This document shows positions 47,440 to 58,300 of a stretch of DNA of 64,000 bases, in pieces. The notes under the pieces were generated by a model. That model searched no databases. It was given only the letters and a program-made list of their open reading frames with translations, and was not told the origin of the DNA. The DNA lies in the NCBI GenBank assembly GCA_964544225.1, contig CAZIZK010000003.1, forward strand, positions 8,419 to 72,418, in the 5' to 3' direction. The translations under genes were made by a program, and so were the position numbers. The stretch is from an uncultured Candidatus Saccharibacteria bacterium. GTDB lineage: Bacteria; Patescibacteriota; Minisyncoccia; Phycocordibacterales; UBA9973. Every line of letters begins with the position of its first letter. The first letter of the stretch is position 1.

Positions 47440-48780
47440 TTATCCTGTCCAGTTATAAGCTAATATACTAAAGTCGACTAGTGACACCTTCTTATCATTA
47501 TTCAAATCAACTTTGGCTGGAACATTTGGCTTTGTATACCAATAAGCCATAATAGAGAAGTCGATCAAGTTCACATGCCCATCACAGTTCAAGTCTCCAC
47601 GTAGTGTCGAACAATCCAATGGGTCTTTCTTTATGTTTTGATTACCAACATTGAATGCTACTGCTGTACCATAGTTACTAACCTCGCCACTTTTTGCCGC
47701 TTTGGATTTGGTAAGGTGACCCCCTATTTCAAGAGGTGCTGTATCAAAGTTCAATAGATATACTCCATTATTATCCGATGGTACGTTCTTGAAATATTCC
47801 TGTTCAGAGTGGACCGAGATAGTAACTTGTGCATTTGGCACACTCTGACCAAATATAACAACATTGTCGCCTTGCTTTACCTCCTTCTTGTCTGTATCGA
47901 TAGTTGGTGATAGGAATATACTACCAATATTTATAGTTGCACCTTCGGTAATATATACAGGGAAAGAGAATGATGCGGACTTCTTGTTCTGTGAGTCTGT
48001 CCCATATACTGAGAAAGTATATGTACTGGATGAGAGCCCAGATAGGCTAACACTAAAGTTGGCTTGTGGGTCTGCTATTGTACTTGCCACGATCACACCA
48101 TCTTTGAGTATATACACCTTCGATAGTGGAAAAGCGCGTCCAGAAAAGTTAACTACACCTGTACCCCCTGTTGTTGTGGTTCCTCCACCTCCGCCGCCTC
48201 CTCCGCCGCCTCCGCCTCCTGCACCACCTGCACCCGCCGGTGTAGATGATACAGCTGCAGACTCACTGAGGAGCAACCCTGAGGCATAAGCCCTTACTTT
48301 AAAATAATACGTAGTACCATTCGTTAACCCAGTCACCGTATTACCTAGTACATTACCAACTACACTATATGTAAATGGCCCAGATGGTGATGTAGATACA
48401 CCCACAGAATAGCTTGTAACATTCGCCAGTACCCCTACCGACGCTGTCCAAGATAAAGCAACTGTGGTGTTCCCTGCTGTTGTAATCAATACCGGAGTTG
48501 TAGCTGTCGGGAAATACAAAAACCCTGCATTCTGAGCAAAGCTTGTACTTGAACTCTCGCCATTATCTAACTGCCCAGAACTAGATAAATATCGGAAGCT
48601 TGCAGATGATGCTTCACCACCCTCTATGATAGAATTTACAGGATTCTCCATCTCAAAGCTTGTACTAGTAAAGTCGGCTCGTGATATAGCAAAAAACAAC
48701 CCCATCAAAACAAAGATAGAAAATATTTGTAAAACTAATTTTCTATTCTGTTTTTCTTTAGAGTTGTTTTTCATAACCAT
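47440..48780 (-). CDS. Secreted FN3/Ig-like protein with a C-terminal dockerin domain
   Basis: Signal peptide; FN3 (VALSWTAS..TGLTNGTTYYFKVRA); poly-Gly linker; duplicated Ca-loop/helix GDLNCDGHVNLIDFSIM...VDLNNDKKVSLVDFSIL. Confidence 0.85.
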   Translation of the reverse strand: MVMKNNSKEKQNRKLVLQIFSIFVLMGLFFAISRADFTSTSFEMENPVNSIIEGGEASSASFRYLSSSGQLDNGESSSTSFAQNAGFLYFPTATTPVLITTAGNTTVALSWTASVGVLANVTSYSVGVSTSPSGPFTYSVVGNVLGNTVTGLTNGTTYYFKVRAYASGLLLSESAAVSSTPAGAGGAGGGGGGGGGGGGGTTTTGGTGVVNFSGRAFPLSKVYILKDGVIVASTIADPQANFSVSLSGLSSSTYTFSVYGTDSQNKKSASFSFPVYITEGATINIGSIFLSPTIDTDKKEVKQGDNVVIFGQSVPNAQVTISVHSEQEYFKNVPSDNNGVYLLNFDTAPLEIGGHLTKSKAAKSGEVSNYGTAVAFNVGNQNIKKDPLDCSTLRGDLNCDGHVNLIDFSIMAYWYTKPNVPAKVDLNNDKKVSLVDFSILAYNWTG

Positions 48781-48821
48781 ATATATGCACTACTGACTAA
48801 GCTTATGCCAGATTTACATTA

Positions 48822-49250
48822 TTATGGCTTCTTCTCTGCTGTAGTAGTTGTAGTCTTTGCTGTTGTAGTAGGTGTTGTAGCTTTTGTTGTGCCTGCACCA
48901 ATATTTAGTGGAGCTATGTTCAAAACTTTATTTAATGTTGGGCTGTACAAGATAGCCTTCTTTGCTTGAGCATATATTAGAACCTTGTCACCTTGTTGTG
49001 CGCTTGCAAAGAAAGGTTGGTCCTTCAATGCAGCTAAGTCTGTAACTGTAGCTATTGTTGGTGTCTCACCTTCTGGCAATACTGTAACAGTCGCTACTTT
49101 TGCAACTAGATCTTTTACTTCTTTCTGAGCAATTGCTTGTGGATTCTTCTTCAAAGTATTCCACTGATAGTAGAAGTAACCTGACAATGCAAGTGCTACT
49201 ATAGCAAAAGCTGGAGCTACCATGTTTATAATCTTTTGTTTGTTCATCAT
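48822..49250 (-). CDS. Hypothetical single-pass membrane protein
   Basis: N-terminal TM, globular LPEGETPTIATV..QPFF..GDKVLIY..KAILY, Thr-rich tail; same strand as the surface cluster. Confidence 0.75.
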   Translation of the reverse strand: MMNKQKIINMVAPAFAIVALALSGYFYYQWNTLKKNPQAIAQKEVKDLVAKVATVTVLPEGETPTIATVTDLAALKDQPFFASAQQGDKVLIYAQAKKAILYSPTLNKVLNIAPLNIGAGTTKATTPTTTAKTTTTTAEKKP

Positions 49251-49377
49251 TTTTAGTATATTTTTAAATTAATAATTACAACACAAAGGGCCAAAACCCT
49301 ATATAAGTATCATTATAGTTTATATAAACACAGAGAGCAATACTTTACAACGTGTTAGATATTAGATATGGTAACGT

Positions 49378-52300
49378 TTAAAAAAATGATTTAAATGCAC
49401 TTGCAAGAGCAAAGAATCTTGGTATATAGCTAGGTGTAAACTTCCATAACATAAAGCCGATATCTCCGCCACCACCTCCGCCTTGGTCTCCACCACTATT
49501 TGGATTATCAGGGTTTCCACTACCTTCAGAGCCCCCTCCACCTCCGCCTTGGCCGCCGCCGCCAACATCAGCATCAGGTGTCGCTGATGACTCTACCCCA
49601 CCTCCACCGCCACCATATGACCTAAATGTAAATGTCCATCCAGTATTTGTAGACCCACCAGTTGTGTCATCCACACTACCAGGACCAGCATGTATTGATA
49701 TAAAGTTACTGTTACCAGATGCCGCACTGTCACGCAAAGATATGAATTCACTTGTATAAGCACCATAACCAGCAGTGGTTGGTGCTAAGTATAGGTTCCA
49801 ATCTGTACCATTGCTTGTACTGTTTAATGTAATCAAACTATCTGATGTTCCTTTTACATCCCATTCTTTTACTGTCTGAGTACTACTTGCAGTAAACTTC
49901 ACTGTATGTGGTGGATTAATAACACTGAATTTATTAAACGTATTACTGCCAGATATTATAAAGTCTCCAGTACCAGTCCCTGCAAACACAACATTGTAGA
50001 ATGTTTGTCCTCCTCCTGCAAAAGTCTTGCTACTTGCAGATGAATCAGTTAGGTTAATTGTCTCACCAGTGCGTGTATATGTACCCGATGAATAATTAAA
50101 CACAGTGCCTGCACCTGACAAGTTGATTGTAGAAGAGTTTGGCAAGAATGTTCCTCCGGTAATGCTGATAGCACCCGAGTTCAATGTATAGCTAGAACCA
50201 GATGAAGTATCGAGCGTTCCACCAGATATGGTTGTTGTACCCACAGCTGTAGTTGCACCACCAAGAGTCTTTGTGCCAGATGTTGATATGGTTAAGTTAC
50301 CATATGAAAGAGTCTGATCAATTGTTTGAGTACCTGCAAGATTGTAGTTAACAGTAGAAGTCGCATTGAGTGTCTTTGTGGTGAACCCACTATCATAGCT
50401 ACCAGCAAATGTAGATGCACCTACTGCAATTGTGCCACTTGCCCCAACAGACAATGTATTAGTACCAGTACCTGTGACCAAGTATGTAGCTGGGTTAAAT
50501 GTACCAGCAGTAACTGAAAGTGTTCCAGATGTTGCAAGGGTAATACCAGCACCTAGAGTTTTAGTACCAGTACCTGAACTTGTTAGATTATAAAATACCG
50601 GAGAACCACTATTGATTGTCGCATCACCATTACCTGTTAGGTTAACAGTTGATGTACCCGCATCTAGGTAGCCATTACCAGATCGTGTTACAAGTGTCCC
50701 AGATGTTCCAGCAATAGATATTGTTGAAGCATTTGCTGATAGTGTACCACCATCTAATATTATTTTGTTTGCAGATATTGCATAGTTACTTACTGCATTT
50801 GTATCCAGGCCTCCACCTGTAAGAGTTAGGTTATTGGTAACAGTTAGTGCTTCACCGAGCCTGTTCTGATACGCACCAGATGCAAGTGTTAGGTTGTAGA
50901 ATGATGGTGTACCAGATGCAAGTGTTGTAGGCTCTGTAACACGTATGTATCCAGTACCTGTACTGATACCTTCTGCAAACAAACCTCCAGCAGATGAACC
51001 GTTAGAATTGTACCTTGCTGCCGCACTTACATCACTGTCTGTTTGTGATACCCATGTTACTCCCGCATCATCGGATGTATATATTTGGGTATTTGCTCCA
51101 CCACCTCCGGCATATTCAGTTGCTATTAGGCGCTGGCCATCAGCACTTGAATCTACGGCGAACCAGTTCCTACTTCCTGACGAGTTACTATTTGTTGACC
51201 AGTTCGCACCACTATCTGTGGAAGTATAAATATACCCACCATAAACACCTGCAACCATTTTTGTCCCGTCGTATGATGTGTCTACTCCTTTCCAGTTCAG
51301 GCTTGAACCTCGTGGTGTCCAATTGGCCCCATCATCGGTTGATACATACAACTGACCATTAGAAATAGAAGCAAGCATTGTTGTCCCGTCCCCTGATACT
51401 GAAATATGGTTCCAAGATGTTGAAGTAATAGACCCAGAAGCAGCCCAAGTAACACCATAATCCGTAGAGACATATACTTTATTGCTAACAGTCCAAGTAA
51501 CAGCTGCCAATTTCTTACCATCGGCAGACATTGCAATACCTGAAACTCCAGATACTGTCTGGCGTGATGTCCATGTTGCCCCACCATCATCTGATGTATA
51601 TATAGTAGTTCCTACCGCAACAGCCGCACGTAAACCATCGGCAGACATTGCTGCATCTGATGCATTGCCAGAGGTCAAATTAGATTGAGTCCATGTTAGT
51701 CCATAGTTAGTTGAATAATACATACCACCATTACTAGCATTACCAGCTATCATGCGTGCACCATTTGCAGATACAGCTATCTTTGAGTACACATCTTGTG
51801 TGTAGTTACTCAATACCCATGACAACTGATCACTTTGATTTGTAATATTTACAGTACTTGTGTCACTGTTAAATGTTCCAGAGGATTTTGTAAACAATGT
51901 ACCTTGTGATGCAGTTAGGTTTATAGTTGAATTATTTGCAGTTAGTGTTCCCCCACTTATTACAAGCTTGCCAGTTGTTAATGAATAGTTATTACTAAAT
52001 GATGTATCCAAGGTTCCGTTAGATATTGTTGTTATATTTGTAACAGTAGTGTTGGCACCGAGTGTCTTTGTACCTGTGCCACTAGATGTAAGGTTATAAA
52101 ATGTTGGGGTACCACTATTTACAGTGGCACTACCGTTACCAGTAAGGTCCACAGTGGAACTAGCAGCAGTAAATACACCAGAGTTTGTAAAGAGTGTTCC
52201 ACTTGTACCAGAAAGATTTATAGTTGGTGTACCTGTTGCTGTGATTGTACCGGCGTTTGACAATAATTCTGTTGTGATAGATTCCGTAGAACCACTATCG

Positions 52301-55300
52301 ACTGTTAGTGTATTGCTCGCCAATACAGACAGTGTCTCGCCTGTATATGAATTGCTACCACCTTGGACAAGCAAAGCACCTGTCACAGAAGTATGCATCA
52401 CATCCTCATCGTCGGTGGCTTCGTATTGACCCATATTCGTAACAGATACACTATTGTTTTGGTTACTACCGATTGTTAGAACATTTGTATTTAAAACCAT
52501 TCCTGTAATATTTCCCGAGCCTGCGTATTTAGTTATGGCAGTAGACTCTAGATTGTCGGCAACGTTATCAACCCATGTAGTTATAATATCATTAGTAGTT
52601 GCTGGTACACTGACAGTCCAAGCACTACTACTGATAGTCCCTGTACTTACACCAAGTGTCCCATTGACAGCAACTTTTACAGTTGCTGTATCGTTACCAT
52701 TGGCTGTACCTGAGACAGATATACAGTTAGCTGCTGTCCAAGTCGTGTCCCCTGACAATGTAGAGTTGTACACAGTAACACTAGCACCTGTCATATCGTC
52801 TACATCTAGATTGTGTAGATTGAATGTTCCAGTTCCTGTTGCACCACTAGACCAAGCTCTTGTTGTGTTATTTACACTGGATCGAACCAATATACTATTT
52901 GCCCCATCTACACAGAATGCTCCATTGCCAGAGTTCAAAGTAATAGTACCCGAGTTGGTAACAGTACTAGACAATGTCACAGATCCTGTACCAATATTTT
53001 GCCAGACACCAGATGTTGCAACTGTAACTGCACCAGATGTTAGATTGTTACCTTGATCGTATGTACCGTTATTTATAGTCATTGTGGAACCCAAGGTCAC
53101 CACCCCTGTAGTGCTTAGTGTACCTGTACCGTATTTTACAAGTCCCGATGCTGAACCCATCGTACCAGCTACTGTGATTGTGTAGTCGTTAGTATCAAAT
53201 GTTCCAGCCGATGTCAGTGTCACAGCTCTACCAGACGGTGAAGATATGTCACCCCCTGCTTGAAGTGTTCCACCGTTAAATATTAGCGTATTATTAGCAC
53301 TTTCATCACCCAATGCGCGAGATTTGGTTGCGCGTAAAACTCCAGCTGTGATAGTCGTAGTACCAGTATAAGTATTTGTTCCAGACATTGTAACTGTACC
53401 GGCCGTCGTCTTCGCCACAGCAATTGCTCCACCCAGAATCGCACTGACTGTACCACTCGCAAATGGATAAGATGTTCCAGTCAAAACTCCGCTACTACCT
53501 ATTATAGATCCACTGGTTAATGTAACCGCCCCTACTGTATCGGTAAATGTGGCAATATCAGCAGTACCCCCAGTAACTGTAAGTGCGCCACTTGATAATG
53601 CATTATTAATACCCCAAGCAAGTGTTCCGGCATTTATAGTTGTTGTTCCAGCAAAAGTGTTGGCCGCAGACAGTGTCACAGTCCCCCCAGTGTTCTTTGC
53701 CATAGCGATCGCTGCACCAGCGAGAACTGCACTGATTGTTCCACTCTCTACGGTATATGTTGCTGATGACGTAATAGTTGCCGCCCCACCAGTATTTACG
53801 ATTGAGCCACTTATCAAAGTAACGGCACCTATTATAGTAGTACCTCCTTCAGAATAACCTTTTAGATCCCATGTTCCGCCAGCTACAGTTACAGCATTGG
53901 TTGCCAATGCGTCTGTAATACCATATGCAAGAGTACCACCATTAATACGCACCAAACCTGTGTTAGTAGCTACTGCACTTATAGTAAGTGTTCCAGCACC
54001 ATCTTTTGTCAGAGTTGCCGAGGTTGCTGCCCCATAGACTCCACTTATAGTTGTAGGACCACTTCCATTTATCCATAAATTTATTGAAGCCGCAGCTCCA
54101 ACAGCACCAGTGAATGCAATAGTACCCGCGCCAGAATTAGTAACTATAGAGTTCGCACTTACAGTCACTGCACCAAAGTTAGTAGTACCAGACGCCGCTG
54201 AACTAATCAATGCGCCACCGTTTTTTATACCAGTACCACTAATAGCCAATGTCTCGTATGTAGATGCACCACCCAGATTATATGTAGAAAGATCAAGCAC
54301 TGCTCCGGCAGATACTGTAGTACCTGCACCACTTGTACCCAGTGGTGTATTCGTAGCACCACCACTTGCCCCTAGCTGGAGGACCCCCGTACTCACGGTG
54401 ACAGTTCCAGTAGTAAAACTATTCTGCCCGGCTAAAATGAGCGTGCCCGATCCTTCTTTTACTAAAGAAGTAGAAGTACCCGACCAAACACTTGATGAAG
54501 ACTGAGTAATATTACCCACTGTTACAAATGTTATAGCACGAGTCGAACCTACAATATTACCACTTAGAGTGAATAAGCCAGTTCCATGGTTAGCAAGACG
54601 AGATGTAGCACCAGGAGTAATAACTCCAGAATATGATATTGAATTATTCGAACTATTGATAAATGCTCCAATGCTTGCAATACCTGTTCCGTTAATAGCT
54701 AGGGCTTCAGCAGTACCAAGAGTAAATCCATTCAAATCAAAGACAGCTCCACTTGTGATAGATATTCCACCAGCATTTGTACCAAGTGGCGTATTTGTTC
54801 CATTTCCAGCAGCTCCAAGCTTTAATGTCCCCGCACTAACTGTAGTTGCGCCCGTAAATGTACTTGATGCGCCAGATATTGTCCAAACCCCAACACCGTT
54901 CTTTGTCAAAGTTCCTGATGTTGTATTTAATTGACTTGCAAAAGTTCCATTGCCTGCACCACCAATAGTTAGACCAAAGGTATTACCCGTCATGTTTCCA
55001 GTAGCAGTAATATTGATATCACCATAGTTAGCAATAATAGTACCAGCACCAGTAGTCAGGACAATCTGCCCACTATAAGAAACATTAGTACTTGAAGTAT
55101 TTTGCAAACCACCAGTCGCAAGCGAAGCCCCACTCAGAGTCAAACCTTCAGTAGTGCCAAGAGTATAACCATTTAAATCAAGTGCTGCAGTTGCACCAGA
55201 TACAGTCGTACCACCAGCAGTTGTGCCAAGTGGTGTATTGGTACCGCCACCAGCTGCCCCAAGGCGAAGAGTCCCGGCACTAATAGTAGTTGCCCCTGAA

Positions 55301-58300
55301 TAAGTGTTGTTACCTGACAACATAAAAGCTCCAGCCCCAGCTTTTGCAAAAGTAAAACCTCCGCTTATTATAGCCGATGCAAATGCGTCGTTATCCATGA
55401 GCCCATCACCTATAGTAAATGTTGCATTGGCTCCTAGGCCCAAGTTACCAGTTATTATTGAAGCAACGTTGTTGTTGGCTACAGTTGTAAATGTTCCATT
55501 GCCTGTCAGAGTTCCTGCACCTGTAGCAATAGTACCAGCGTTTATAGAGATAGAGCCCACAGTGTCAGAATTACCATTTAGATTATAAGTACCCCCTACT
55601 ATAGTCACACCTCCACTTGATATGACATTACTTGCACCCGCAAAAAGTGTTGCACCGTTTATAAATGTTGTACCAGTATAAGCGTTAGAGGCACTAAGTG
55701 TAACATTACCAGAACCACTGAGTGTTAATGTGCCAGCTGCTGCAGTATCTAAAATTGCAGATATAGTAGAAGTATTTGTAGAGAGTACAGGTAGTTCCAA
55801 AGCACCAAAACCAATAGTTGTATTAGCTCCGGCAATATTTGTTGCCGAGTTCATTAAAATATTTCCAGACAAAGAGGCAGAGGCCAGTGTAATAGTTGCA
55901 GAAGCATTGGTAATACCATAACCATTTAAAATAAGTGAATTGATACTTACAGTACTTGCTGCCACATCAGCAGTCAATTTTACATTTGTATTTGTAGTTA
56001 ATGTCGTAGAATATTCTCCAGAAAATCCAGCACCGTTTAGTAGACGCAACCCTGTTCCACCTTGGTATGTCACCATATCTGACCCAGTACCACTAAGAGA
56101 TGTGTCCCCAAAGGCACCCTTAATTACACTAACAGTTGTTGAACTAGATGCACCACCGGCACCAGTAAGTGTTGGTGTTGCAGTGAATACTAAAGTAGAT
56201 ATGTTTGCTGCAGATGCTGTTCCTAAACTAGTACCTCGGAATAGTACCGTTGCACCCGCTGTACGAGAAAGACTGGCAAATGTCATAACAGTAGAACCAC
56301 CAGTTCCTGGAGTCACAGTTACAGTGTTATGCCCTGTTGATAAAGTTAGAGCCCCAGTGGTTTCAGAAGACCCAGCCGCAGAATTACCAATAAAATTAAA
56401 ATTACCACCGTTCATAGTTAATGCCAGTGCGTCACCCAAACGACTTGCTACAGCAGTGGTGCTATTATCAAGTGTCAGTGTTCCACCTAGGTTTACTGTA
56501 ATAGTTGTAGCAGTAGCAGAACCTGAGCCACTAATAGTCAGTGTTCCAGCATTAATAGTAGTTGTACTACTAATAGTATTTACACCAGTTAGTGTAACTG
56601 TATTGTTTGTATTTTTAGTAACAGCTACAGCGCCCGCCAGAATTGCACTAACTGTCCCACTTTCCATAGTATATGCAGTTCCGGTCAAAACACCACTAGA
56701 ACTAGTGATAGATCCACCGATCAAAGTAACAGCACCGACAGTGTCACTAAATGTTGACATACTATAAGTCCCACCTTTTACAACCAACGCTCCAGAAGAC
56801 AAGGCGTTGAGTATACCTGCGGCTATTGTTCCTGCATACACTGTTGTTGTTCCAGTATGGCCATTGGCCGCAGTCAGGTTCAGAGTACCAGATCCATCTT
56901 TATATAAAGAACTCGCAGTCGCTGCAATTGCAGCAGAAATAGTTATATTACCAGAGCCACCATATCTTGATTCAAATGCACCACTTTGTATACCACTAAG
57001 TGTTAAAGTTCCTGCACCATTATTTGTAGTTCTACTATCAGTTGCAAGCGCTCGAGTACCCAGATAAGTCGCACCAGCAGCATTACTTGATATCATAGCT
57101 CCACCACCATCTATTCCAAATCCATTGATAGTCAGTGGTTCAGCTAAAGCACTAGAAGAGAATGTAACAAGATCAAGCACTGCCCCACTATAAACAGTAG
57201 TGGCACCAGTAACAACCCCGAGTGGTCCACCTCCGGCTGCATCACTAACACCAAATTTAAATGTTCCCAGGTTTATAGCGGTTGCACCAGTATAAGTACT
57301 CACACCTGAGAGAGTCCAAGTTCCTGTACCAATCTTCACAACACCACCAGTAGTATTACCAACAATACTAGACAGAGTTCCTGTACCAGTACCACCAAGA
57401 GTGAGCGCAAAACCAGCTCCTGAGATTGTTCCAGCAGCGGTCAGATTGATATCACCATTATCAGCTTTGATAGTAGATGCTGCACCGAGCGTAATAAGCC
57501 CTGTAAATGTCACAGCAGAAGCTGAGCTATTTATAATAGCTCCGGATGCAAAGTCTCCCAGCCCGTACCCTACACCGTTTAGGTTTGTTATTGGTTCGGC
57601 TATTCCAAGTGAAAATCCATTTAGATCAAGTCTTGAACCTGTGGCAATAGAGGTGGCACCCCCTGTGGTACCCAGTGGTGAGTTTGACCCGACAGCTATT
57701 GCACCAATCTTTACTGTACCAACACTGATAGTTGTTGCACCTGTATATGACGAGTTACCATTTGAAAGAGTCAGTACCCCTATTCCGTCTTTAACTATAG
57801 TACTAGTACCAGAGCGCACTCCTGAATATTCCAGATTACTAAACCCACCGAAAGTCAATGCAAAGTTCCCAGAAGCATTGCCACTAATAGTCAGTGCTCC
57901 ATAGTCAGCGTTGATACGAGCCGCCGCAGTAAGAGTAAGAGCCCCACTATAGCTAACAGGTGTTGCCGAGCTATTCATGATTGCACCCATGTTACTACTA
58001 CCAGAAGCTCCATACCCTGTTCCTGCCAAAGACGATATTGCTTCTGCTGTTCCCAAAGTAAAACCATTTAGATCTAACGCTCCCCCACTTGCAATAAGTG
58101 TTTCAGAGCCAGCCCCAGCAATACCAAGTGGTGTGTTTGTTCCACCACCAGCAGCACCAAGTTTCAAAATACCGCTGGTAATAGTTGTTGTTCCTGTATA
58201 AGTATTATCGCGAGTAAGCGTTACAACACTATCAGGTGCAGTGTTGGTAGCGATACGTGTTAGTGCAACACCTGTACCATTTATAATAGCACTGACAGTT

